DNA of 64,000 nucleotides, taken from contig NMRA01000317.1 of the NCBI GenBank assembly GCA_002633005.1, positions 423,366-487,365 on the forward strand. The letters are read 5' to 3'. A model generated the notes under the pieces. The model was not told the origin of the DNA and did not search any database. It was given only the letters and a program-made list of their open reading frames with translations. The translations under genes and the position numbers were made by a program. Below are positions 51,541-63,527 of this stretch, one piece after another. Source of the DNA: Phoronis australis (lineage: Eukaryota > Animalia > Phoronida). The stretch's first letter is position 1. Every line of letters begins with the position of its first letter.

Positions 51541-52737
51541 AAGACCTAGCAGCACATGTTTTTAACCCTTACTAAATTTATTGGAACATGTTACAATGAA
51601 GCCACCAGTACCTAAAAGTTAATCCTAACGAAATCCGTAGGCGAAAAAATCATAAAAGTCCTCAGTTGTCACGAAATGGAGCCGAGTGATACTCCGCCAT
51701 TTTGAAGTTACCGCTAAGTCGGGAGTGAGATTAATTAAGGCACGATTGAATAACAAGGCCGGCTATTCTACTGGGCTTAGCGTGGGAGTAATTAACTTTG
51801 ATAAACAATATAAACATAACAACGAACATGTAATAATGATTAAGTAAAACTGTTATACAGTCAGAATATTCTCACAATTCAACTCACTAAAATATTGTAA
51901 ATAAATTTAGACAGTGAAAAAACTAAGATATCTGTGGTCTCCGCTGTCTTTTTGAGGCGGCTGATGAACAACAATGGATGATGGAATACGAACTGGTGCC
52001 GAAATAACTTAAGAAAGAAAACTTTGTGTGGTGCCAAATAGTATAATATAAAATTAAAAGCAAAGGGATAATTCCCATTCAGCCAGAAGCCTTCGTATAA
52101 ACTACTACCCGGCTGAGCACCGTCCTGGCCTGGCGGCGCGGATTTCTGTGCTCCGCGGCGCAGAATGAACAAATTAATTAGCTCCACGGGCCTTGAATAT
52201 CTGGAATTCGTGTACCAAAGAGATTAAGAATTTTGCCTCATGCTCCTAAGACTACAATATTTTCCATTTGGCAAAATTCCGTTTGTACACTACAGTTCAA
52301 TTCACTCCACTTGTTTGCGTTTTCAATTAATTTAGACAACAGAGGTATCGATTGTGAGTTTTATTTTTGTCACGTTTTAAAATATGTTTTGTCTAATAAT
52401 TGAAAATTAAAGTCAATTTAGCAAGTGACTATTTTCCCGGCGAAATGACACATGGCTACTGCCGGGGCAGCAAAAATAGAGCACGTTGCGTTAGTGTAAT
52501 TCTGATGAGGAACGCACTGCTTTGAGGTAAAACACGTTTTTGTTGTTGGAATATCGCCGTGTGTGGATGTGTTTTTTCTAATTTACACTTTTAATGGCCA
52601 GTAAAGACGGTGCCGATTTGTTGCCAAGTTACGCGGAAATGCGCTCACACATTCGCTTCGTCACACGGCAATTGCTGGTACTTCACATCAGTTTCACGAT
52701 ACGGCGATAAAGAAAAGACTTTGCCGATCTAGAAAGA

Positions 52738-52813
52738 TGTTTCTTCTAATTTATTCCCAGAATGGGTACTGTTGCAGTGTTTCTTCTAATTTATTACCAC
52801 AATGGGTACTGTT
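52738..52813. repeat. Tandem duplication, ~2 x 40 bp
   Basis: tgtttcttctaatttatt(c/a)cca(g/c)aatgggtactgtt twice. Confidence 0.9.
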
Positions 52814-54517
52814 TCTGAAATTTGAATTACCCTCGCAATGATCTGAGTCAGGGCTGACCTCATTGCCTGCGAGAGACGCGACCTATTCACAAACTTATAT
52901 TTGCATTAAATACCACTCGTCATATGCGAAGAACAGATAAAAGTTGAACACCAATTATTCATATTTGTATAATAACAACCAAACTGAGAATTAAAGACAA
53001 CCACTCACAATAACAACGTTTTTATGCTCACGGTGATATCAATACGTTTTCAAGGACAGCATGGTCGTCGTTCAGGAATCGTCGATACACAGGAAAATCA
53101 GATCACGGAAATAGACGAGAATGGTCGATGATTGTTTGGTCTAAATTACACTTTGAGATAAGGACTTAAACTCCGACAGTTCATCTGTTCAACTAAGTCA
53201 TTTCCTTTATATATAAGTACAACTTTGGCAATTTGCAAATCCGTTGGAAATTTTCACGTGTTAAAACATTGATTGACGGTAGTTAAGTGGCTTTGTGATG
53301 ACCGCAGTAATCACGTTCATGAGTGGAAATGTAAAATTGATGTTGCCCAAGGCATTTAAAACATTATTTTGATTTTCTGCCTGAAGATTTTAATTTTGTT
53401 TGCGCAGGATTGGACAAGAAAGAGTAAATTTAATGTATGTGTGGATAGGTAATTGGTTAGCAAGTGACTGACCAACATCCAAAAACTTAAGAAGCCATTA
53501 ACTATGTTCCTTTGATCAAATATTTCTTCTGTTTATTTTGGTATATATTCCGGTAATTTGAAGGAGTTATTTTTTGTTTAGAAAACACCTTGATCACTTT
53601 CCATGTCTTGCTCGAGTCTTGTTTGTATTTGTTGAGTCTTTTTGTCAAAGTAAATTTTTCTGAGTTTGGGTTGATACTTCAAATTTTACCATACTTACTG
53701 AAGGTTCTCTTTCCTTCGACATGCAGTGAGCTGGTTTTGGATGTAATTCGTATTTTTGTACGCATATCAGTCTGCACAACAACGCTCCGTGGTCATGCTG
53801 GTAAGGAGATACACCAAGGCAATTATACAGGAGCCATGTTCAAGTCCCATTATACGAAAAACATACAACAAAATTGCCTAGTACTTCGTCTCTCTCGAGG
53901 CATCGTCATGAACGATCCATGACACGTTAATCGCACGATAAAGAGATACGCGGAAAGTCAATCACGCGCAGAATGATTACTTACGCGGTACATATGTCTG
54001 GTGACAACTGAACTGGAAAAATGCAAAACGCCGGAAAATACAAGGTCCTGATGATTGATCATTTAGGGAATGAAATTTAGGAGCAAGTGACTTGGACGCT
54101 CGAAGGCGCTGTTTATAAAATTTGGCTATTCAGTGACGAATTAAACGTCGAGTCATCTCCTGGTGTATGATACACATTATATTATTAGTTAAATATTAAC
54201 GGGGCGTGATTCTGAAACCTAAAGCGCGAGTAAAATCAAATTACTTGTAATTGCTAAAACCGATATACGGATACGTATGAAGGCAGTATTGATGCATAAT
54301 GTGCGCATGCGTCCAACTTAGTTGCAACAAAGTGAAACTAACGGCTTCAACAGTGAATTACAAGTCCGCGTCAAAATGATCCCATTATGCGCAAGCCAAA
54401 AATGAAAGATTAGAAAAAATATAGACATAACTCCGCATTGTGTTACAGAACATATTTCTCATAGCTTTTCATTCTAGAAAAGCGTAAAAGAAACCGTCTA
54501 TTGTCTTTTTGTTTCAG

Positions 54518-54722
54518 AGTATTATATTCCACCTGGAAACACACCCGCAGCATCCTACGTTCCATCAGTGCGTGACCCGCAACTTTTTTGCCTCCGAGTC
54601 AGAAGAACTCGCCTACAATCTTTTCCACTTGATGATTCTATACGGCACTCCGCTCATTATAATTTTGTTTAGTTATGGCTCAATTCTTTTTGAGATGCAC
54701 AAAAAGGCCAAGGAATGTAAAG
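54518..54722 (+). CDS. GnRHR-like: GnRH/AKH-type receptor coding exon 3 (ECL2, TM5, start of ICL3)
   Basis: Acceptor tttttgtttcag|AGT (phase 0). Translation SIIFHLETHPQHPTFHQCVTRNFF...YNLFHLMILYGTPLIIILFSYGSILFEMHKKAKECK. Donor G|GTAAGA (phase 1). 205 bp. Confidence 0.93.
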
Positions 54723-54817
54723 GTAAGAGTTTTAATGGCGCGGTATAATTTCAGCGCCCCTGAATGCCAACGATCTTCAAAATTACCATGTAGGTTACTT
54801 GTTTGCGAGTCGGGAAT

Positions 54818-55211
54818 AGGGCTGTCCCGGATAACTCGGCGATAGAACTCTCCTTTGTCCTGGCAATAAGAAAGCGCGTGACCTTGTTTTGGAAATCGGG
54901 CACAAAGGCGTGCCTCTCTTTGATGTCAGGAGGACGGAAAATTTCAAATCACGCACCCACGGGTATTTGTCCACTTTATCAAAATTTCTCACGTCGGAGC
55001 TGCTGCCCACAGCATAGCAGTAACACTTTATTGGCATTGGAAGGACGAATAAAGTAATGTAACAGAGAAAAACTTTTCAAGAATCAGACAACGACATATA
55101 ACATGTGGAGCCCCAATGGCATGTAAAGGCAGCAAATGTGCCTGGCGGACGTTTACGGCGTTGAGAGTAAATACAGCGAGATTGGAGTGTCGCGTAATCC
55201 GGGACGGCCCT
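54818..55211. mobile_element. MITE family E
   Basis: TIR agggctgtcccggata / taatccgggacggccct with AAT on both flanks. The interior is the reverse complement of part of 63128-63527. Confidence 0.8.
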
Positions 55212-57556
55212 AATGTCGAAGATGCGCATTCAGTGATACAATGCAGTGCGACCTACCGGCAGTTTTTAAATGTTATTTTCCAGTTTAAGGCAGGTCACTA
55301 TCTAATATTGTGCAGTGGATAAGTAACTTTCAGTTGCAAGCTCTTTGGTTGTATTAGCGGTTTTTCATACAGGCGCATGCGCCTAAATTTGGATATTACG
55401 TATTCCTAGGTTCGTGGATATTGTTGTATGCGGCATAAAAAGCCAAAATAATATTTTGTCTTCGCTTTCATACTGTATAGTACATCTGAATTATGAATTA
55501 TGAATTTTACCGTGCTTTGCGAGTTATGCTGTGTCTCAGATGCGACAGAAGTATCGCCAGATGTAGCCCAATCACCCATTTTTACGTTGTTTGGTCATTA
55601 TGATACGTCCGGTCACATGTATTAGTAAGGCATCAGAACTCACGTACGCGAAGCGTTCCTTTATATCCATAAATTATCCTCGTGGTTTTATACACCCTCA
55701 ATTTCCAAAATTATCTACATGTTTCCACTGTGTACACATCAAAAAGCAACACCACCTAACTTCTTGTTTGCTCACATCTTTGATCATTAGTGAACAGGTG
55801 TTTTCGATTTGTTTTCGATACTTGACAAAACGGCGTTCATCGTGGCCAATCACTAAATAAGTAACGCACTAACGACAAAAACATTTTTAATTTGCAGTAA
55901 ATCAGTCTATAAGCTGACTTTCGTTTATACTACGTGCCGGTCTCAACTTGTTTTGTGCTCTAACTAGAGATGACTTTGGGCTTGGACATTACTGGTTGGA
56001 TAGCAGGGCTCAAAAAGTTCACGGCGGGTAATTTTAGGCGTCGATGACCATGATCTCACCCACTAATAATGTGTCAGGGATTTGACTCTTCGTTTGAAGC
56101 CCAAGTATCGATCTCACTCGAGTAAAGAGCAAGTCGAGACCTGTTTTATAGTGACAGGATCCTAGAAAAATGCCCAGATTTGGCTAATTTCGGCGTGAAC
56201 GTCACATCTCAGGAAAAGGTGATCGAATTCATGCAAAACGTTCAGATACCAAGCTTTATGCACTCACCTCCAAAATGTTATTAGGAATCGTTTTTAAAAA
56301 ATGTCCCCCTTTTGCATGAGGGGCTACCAAAATAGGACAAAGTTTGCATGAAACGAACATGAAATGATAATTTTGAAAACTGCATAAGGTTTTTGAGATT
56401 TTAACTTGAACGTATTTATCAAATGAAATTTGCCTGTGTTCCGGACACTGTTGTAGTTTCCTATGAATGTATCGTTTCGCTAAATTTTACTAAAAGCCCA
56501 TGGTCGCGTGACCCTATACAGTTGGCTAAATACACAAAACTTGTCGATATGGTTCTACTTCCGAAAGTTGAAAGTCTGTAGTCTTTGATTTTTAGCTAGC
56601 TCATAAAAAATATTAGGAAGACGGGCGTAACATTTCAGACGACTTCCTGCTATCTTTGCTAAAAGTGTGTTTCCGTTGTCAATTTGCCAAATGTTTCTAC
56701 AAGATTTAAACTACCGAAACGAGTTAATGAGATGCAATAGGCTGTGGACAATTAATGTCCGGTAGTTCCTCCGCTTTCAGCGCTCATGTTTAATTGATTG
56801 TGATTGAGACAAAAAATGATCTCATTAAATATTCAATTAGAAACTCCCCGGAGTAGGAATCTGACGTAAACTAGATAACAAACATGTCCTCGTTTGAATC
56901 TAAATAACACGCAATCGATCAGCAAACGTTCTCGTATCCAACGATACACATGGCAGTGGATGATCGAATGTCGTAAAAACATGGCTCATGACTACCAATT
57001 GCGTATTGACCTGACCAATGTACCTCCTTCAATTTCCTTGCATTTTTAGTTTTGTTTCTGTTTGAGACTAGGCCCTGTCTACGCACTCCATTTTTTCGCA
57101 TACGAATCCGTATACAGTTGTCTTAATTCGTTTAATCGGTGTAGTAATTGATGCTGTTATTGCGACTCCGCCCATTACGAACCGACTCAATATTTGCAGT
57201 CACAACCATTTCATAAATTTATGAACCATATAAACACAAACGCCTACAGCTCTGTATTCTCTAAAATTCTCTTTTTGAATTTGAAAAATTGAATAAGTTT
57301 GTTCTCAAAATCTATGCACATCAAAATTTAATGTTCTTTTATTTCCAGAAGTAGATCTATGGCAAACTTACCGACACATGATAGGCGTACTAGACATTAC
57401 ATTATAAAAAGACCTGAAGTCTCCCTGACGTTACAGCGACCAGCATATTTTTTGGTCGTGTCTCTTGAAAGGGTTACGCAACCTGATCCCCGTAGACCCC
57501 CCGCTGTTCGGTATGACTTTCGAATGTCCAACAACTTTAGGTGCAGTTATTTTCAG

Positions 57557-57706
57557 CGCAAACATCACCAGACAATTCCAATGGAACTAGGAGTGGATCG
57601 GAGAGGTGCTGGGCATTTCACCGAGCAGAAAGTCAACTAAGACGGTCAACAAATGGACGAATGGAACAAGCACGCATGCGCACGCTTAAGATGACGATTG
57701 TAATAG
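57557..57706 (+). CDS. GnRHR-like: GnRH/AKH-type receptor coding exon 4 (ICL3, start of TM6)
   Basis: Acceptor ttattttcag|CG completes G+CG=Ala (phase 1). Translation ends LRRSTNGRMEQARMRTLKMTIVI, with the family motif A..RTLKMT. Donor G|GTAGGT. The 5' boundary is less certain than the 3'. Confidence 0.85.
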
Positions 57707-57846
57707 GTAGGTCAGCTCAAATTACATTCTCACTTCATGTATCGCAGAGGTAACATTCAGTAGACAGTAACTTCTCCAACATTAACGGAACTACTGTTCA
57801 GATTATATAGTCGTGTTGTAAAAAAAACATTCATATGGTATATGTA

Positions 57847-58212
57847 TATGTAAGAATTATTTGACTCCGTACAAGCCATACCTTTAGTCACATCACGTGA
57901 CCTATAGTTAAGTTTGAAAAAAATTCTGTAATCCGACTGAGGTTCGAACCCGGGACTTTCTGCTAACCGTGCAGACGATCTAGTTCACTGAGCACACGGT
58001 TATATACATGCATAGGTACTCCCAAGTTTGGGTAAGACCCCTTCTATTTATTAGTTTGTTTGGATTTCTGTAATTGACTTGTGAGCCCGATAACTCAGCG
58101 GACTAGAATTAGCAGAAAGTGTCAGACTCGAATCCCGGTCGGGACGGAGATGTTTAGGTCACGTGATGTGACTCACATATGGCGTTTATGGAGACTAATA
58201 ATCCTTGCAGTA
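57847..58212. mobile_element. Fold-back element made of two inverted tRNA-derived (SINE-like) halves
   Basis: Left half (minus strand): gctcagtgaactaga...ttagcagaaagtcccgggttcgaacc. Right half (plus strand): ctcagcggactaga.ttagcagaaagt...tcgaatcccggtcggg. The shared tail gtcacatcacgtgaccta / taggtcacgtgatgtgac is an exact inverted repeat. Confidence 0.75.
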
Positions 58213-58634
58213 CAGATTGGTTGCAACTAAGTTATTTTGACCAAAGCACAGATAAATTCTGCAAATAATACCTCACAAAATACTGACTTGTAATAAAAAT
58301 ACATGCTCTGCTAGACTACCGGTGCAATCAGCGCTAACTATATGGATTACGCACCCGCACTCATTTCCTTTACAACAATGTTCATGTCCCTATATTCACA
58401 AGAAACGAAAATATTTTTTATCACGCCTTTGTTTTTGCGCGAGTAAAGAAAAGTTACAAACAGTACTGGTGATCGATTCGTATTTGTCATTAGGTATGGT
58501 AAACAAGATGTCATTGTATTTTGTTGATGTCTGAATCTGAAAATGAGGTCCTATAGTCATTAGCTGGAGATGCATTCCATTTAATTGAATTCATGGGCAA
58601 GTTGTTAGTTCCCTCCTGAGAGATTAAGACAATG

Positions 58635-58765
58635 CCTGCATTTGACTGTCTTCACCGGTCAACCGGCTAAGATACTTGATCTACAACACGGAAGTCGTCA
58701 TCGAGATCCAGTCAGATGTCTGACCGGTTGACCCGGAGAAAACCGTCGAAGTCGATCAAGTGCAG
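58635..58765. mobile_element. MITE family B copy
   Basis: ccggtcaaccggctaaga...cggaagtcgtcatc...ccggttgacc...gaagtcgatcaagtgcag, homologous to 25160-25297. Confidence 0.65.
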
Positions 58766-60962
58766 CTTTTGGTTATAATATCAGCATGTTTCGGGTAATT
58801 GAAATGCCTACTGGACACGAGAAACATTTAGAATAAATCGGGAGTAAATTGTCAGCTGCTTTGCCAGAGATCGAAACATTGAATATATGATCGTGTCAAC
58901 ATTTTTCGGATTTCCTCTAACTATTGAAATGCGTACTGAGGATCAAGCAAAAAACATCGATGAAGGAATCTGATGTGTTGAATACGAAAACACCAGCAAT
59001 AGGTCAATCAATAACACTTTTGTTATTGGGGTTGAGGGCAAGTGTGGTTCCCTTCAGAGCATCATCTTCGCCCAGTCTACCATTGACAACCACTGCAGGA
59101 GAGCTGGCAAACTTCAGTCAGTTTCGTACCATTGTTATAAATAATGCAATCTGCATAGGATTTATTGACGTTAATTCTTATCGATTTTAGGACGTGTCAT
59201 TATAAATAAGGCCAATTTCAGGTAAAGTTGACTGATAATATAAAAACTTCCCTGAAATAACGTACTAGCATCTGTAAACGAGGCTTAACGTGTCCCGCTC
59301 ATGGCTTCACAATATTCAATATCGTTTGGACCCTCATGTGGAACATATATTGCAGCAATGGTTAATTCACAGCTTAAAATACATGTTGCTCAAATAAGGT
59401 CAAAAGTATCTCTGCAGTCAGAATCCCACAATCTCATTTATACTCCTTTATTTGGACTATGGTAATGTTGACCAAGAGTTCGTTTCTGACCGCAGCATCG
59501 CCAAATCATGGCTCGAATAAAGCGATGCAAAACTGTCGAGTGAGCAGCAAACATTTCTTGCCTCCGGGTTACAAAAGGGGCGTGTACTCTGAGATCAGGA
59601 CGGTACCTTCAAAACATGTTAGAAAGAACGACGCCATACCGTTCCCATTGTCCTTCACTCTGTCGCCACCTGCTCTGAACGACTTCTTGAAACACGGAGT
59701 GACCGAACTTAGAGTCACCCGTGCGTGTGAGAATCCAAAACATCTTCCAAATCCACGAATCAGCACATCGCCGCCATCTGCTGGATTTTTTTCCATGAAC
59801 CACCCTGCATTTTCCACTAGTGTTTTAGCCTCTTCGTACGAGTAACTAAGCATACTGAAGTTGTCATGACAATAGAACTTGGGAATTTGCGCCAAAACGT
59901 CCCAGTACGTCTGGCCTTGACGCTTTGTCCACTCTGTTCGATCGCTACCAAAGCCCCCGTATATTCAGGTTCAACGAAACAGGCTCCTTGGTCGTGAAAA
60001 AAATCATCGTCATTTCCACTGTCTACCAATTCCTCTAAACCGAGTTGTGATCTTCTTCAACCACTTCCCGTCCAGTAGGTCAAATAATATCTTAGCCCTA
60101 CTCAGCGGAGCTCTAGCTCAATCTTGGGTTGTCCAAGAATGCTCGTCGAAGACAATTCTTGGTTACAACAAATTTCACAGCGCACAAACATAGATGGCGG
60201 GAAATACCTGGGCCACGAACGTCACTTCCGCAAAGACGTTTGCATAATTAATTGGAATCCAAGGCATTTGACTAACTTCGAATAATGTCTAGTATAACCA
60301 GAAAATAATATTGCATTTTGCTCAAGTGCACTATGTAAACGGTTGCCAATGGTTTCTCCTTTAGTTACTGACTTTCAATCCACTGTACCATGCATTTTAA
60401 AATTCTTGACGACCACAGAGTAATGACCACAGAAATAATGCTTGGATGTTTGTAATTACATGACCATGTTTTTCACAAAAAAATCATGTTTTTAAGGTGA
60501 TAATCTTAACTTTTACAAGCGTAATTTTTTTGCACGGAACAAAAGTCTGTTTTCAAATTTATCCAAAGATCTTTTAAACCGAGAACTTGGCTCTAGAAAT
60601 TTAAGACATGGTCACAAAAGTAGACATTGACAGGCATCATTTTTCTACACTTACTCTATCTCTGCTACCATACTTGCGAACTATTCACGTTTGCAAGTGT
60701 AATGAATGCAAACAATTAAAGAATGGCACTAATTATTGAAATTGCTACATGAATAACACATACTTAAGCGGTTTTGTGACGCCGCCGACACGCTGGGAAT
60801 AAATGAGATTTGTCTCACCCGTTTTCTCGTGATTGACTCAGTTGAACGTGCAGCACTGGCTGTCGGGCGAACGAGAGACAGACAGGGAGCTCAGAGAACT
60901 TAGCATAGACGAGCGAGGTACAAACAGCTGACCATGAGAGAGTTCAAAGTGCACCGTAATAT

Positions 60963-61102
60963 CAAGGGCGGCGCACTCTAGTGGGCTGGGGGATATAGCC
61001 CCCCACTATTTTCAGTGCTAGGCCGCCCATGGTCTATGGTCGGTGCACCACAAGGGAGCGGGGGGCTATGGCCCCACTTTTTTCAGTGCTGCGCCGCCCA
61101 TG
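60963..61102. mobile_element. MITE family C copy (reverse orientation)
   Basis: caagggcggcg / cgccgcccatg TIR. Reverse complement of 10602-10743, with 5-bp AATAT on both flanks. Confidence 0.75.
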
Positions 61103-61312
61103 AATATGTGCAGACATTGATGTCTGCCGGTGTATGTGCGCTCTTGGTGTGATCCTAAATTCTGTGTGTGTTTAGTTTATGTCAGCGATATCATTGACAT
61201 ATAAAACACTTTCATAAATGTCGTCCAATTCGTTTTATAACGCAAACATGCAATGATGGATGATGATCGATTTGCTTCTAAAGGTAATTGCCAACCCTTC
61301 GTTACAAAAGAT

Positions 61313-61402
61313 CACATACACCCACACACACAAACACACACACACACAAACACACACATGTACATACACATACACACATACAGATACATATCGTATATAC
61401 GT

Positions 61403-61465
<63 letters not shown>
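61313..61465. repeat. Imperfect (CA)n tract followed by a pure (GT)n tract
   Basis: Directly visible, separated by a short spacer tatcgtatatacgtac. Confidence 0.95.
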
Positions 61466-61466
<1 letters not shown>

Positions 61467-63127
61467 CATGTTTTGCTTTTTGATAAATTCAAGCTTAAAC
61501 GGTTCCGTATACTTTTACTGAGTTCTCATTTTTTTACTTGCATTTTTGAACAGTTAGGGAGACCTTCTACACGACTGACATTTTCTGACGCCGTTGACTC
61601 TAACTCACCTGGTCTCGGATATAAATGTCAACTGTATATACAAATAATTGTAATAACCACGAGGAGTCACCAATTAAACACTGCCAGTGTTCTTTTTATT
61701 TTCTAATACAAACGTGCACGCATCTCCTGAATGCCAAATTAAGAAGAAAATATCATTTTCCGAGAGGAAAATGTCTCGGAAAATGTCATTTCTTTAGAAA
61801 TTCTACTTTAGGGATATATTTAACCGTGAAGACAATTCTACCTTTTATCATAATTTAATGGCAGAGCTCCCGGGATTTCGACCATTTGACGTTTTGGCAT
61901 TGTCTTTGACCCCCTTTTGTACATCTCAGAATCTCATGGAGGCACATGTTACTGGAATAGTTCGATATAACTTGATGATGTTGTCAACTTCTCCCGAAAA
62001 ATGCAATTGTCATTTTTGAATATACATGGTTTCCAGACACGTCCAATAATTTAATAGTGCAAATTTGCAGGATCTCGGCATACCATAATCTTTTCGATAC
62101 AACGATATGTTTTAAACTGAATTGAATCGGCAAGTCGCTTGCCAAAGTTAACTTATAATTTCAACAGCATCTTGTGTGATTTTTTTGTGGTTTCTGTTGG
62201 GCTCAATCCAAAGTATTTTTCCTGGCAAAGGCAGTTTAGACGCCAAAGAATAATGAATAATATAGACTTGTTTTTGTGGTACCTCGAATGTTTGAACAAG
62301 CTCAATTTCTGGGCTCCTTTTTGGTTTCTGAGGGGCCTCTTCGAGACTGAAATATTTCGCCATGAATCATTCGGTGCTTAGTGTAGCGTGGTTGTTTATT
62401 TTAAATCAGTTTTGAAAGACACTTTGAATGTCTTCTCTAGCTCACCTTTTCAATAGTATTCCGTGTGTGAGAAGTTTGGGGATTTCTGGTGGGCCCAATC
62501 TAGAGTGCACTTTGTTTGAATCATCTGGAATTATTTTTTTCTGTGGCACTTCAAATGTTTGAGCTTGCTCAGTTTTGAGAGGAGCTCGTTCATCTGTACA
62601 AAAGGGTCGGAGCCGCCGGTTTAACAGTGCGAGTGAGATTTCTACAACGAGAATAAAGACGAAGAAAACAGACCCAATCGACGGTGATTGGAGAAATATA
62701 TTTTGACTGATGCGCTATCGAAGAACGCAGCGTCACAGTCAACCAATACCAGCTGACACATTGTTGGCTTCTTGTGACATGTTAGGAGACCTCGTGGCAA
62801 ATCAGCGTATTGGAAATTTACAATATATTATTATACATTAATCAGATTTAAACAATGGGTATAATGCAACAGGCAATTTATTAACACAGCAAGATAAACG
62901 TTAACATCTTCTGACGTCAAAAAGACACCAACTAACGGGTATAGCTCTAAGGTTTTGAAATCTATGGTTTCTTAGGTTGAAAATGAATGAAATGAAATTG
63001 AACAATGCAGCTGGCCACAGCACAGCATAATAACGCCAGGCATTAGATTTTAATAAAATAGTCATATATTAATAACAGCTGACAATTTTTCATATAATTT
63101 TTAATAACAGTGAGATACCACGACAAT

Positions 63128-63527
63128 AGAACCGTCCCGGATTACACAGCGACACTCGAATCTCAATGAATTTACCCACATTGACGTAAACATCCGTCAG
63201 GCACATTTGCTGCCTCGTTTTCTTGTCACTGGAGTTTCACATGTTATTTATAATTGTCTGATTCTTTACAAGTTTTTCTCAGTTACATTACTGTATTCGC
63301 CCTTCCAATGCCAACGAAGCACTACTGCTGGGCTGTGGGCTGCAACTCCAACGTGAAACAATTTGATAAACTGGACAAATACTCTTAGAGGTGTGACATG
63401 AAATTCTTCGCCTTTCAGACATCACTGGGAGACACGAATATGTGTCTGATTTCCAAAACGAGGTCACGCGCTTCCTTATCTCCGGGACAAAGAAAAGTTC
63501 GATAGCCGTGTAATCCGGGACGGCCTT
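63128..63527. mobile_element. MITE family E copy (opposite orientation to 54818-55211)
   Basis: TIR agaaccgtcccggattacacagc / gccgtgtaatccgggacggcctt with flanks AAT/ATT. Confidence 0.8.

Noticed and set aside
61235-61521. HT- and VC-repeat ORFs
   Set aside because: Translations of CA/GT microsatellites.
62140-62600. Diverged ~40-bp duplication with zinc-finger-like LKHLKCH reading on the minus strand
   Set aside because: No paired cysteines at the right spacing and many stops, so a product cannot be supported.
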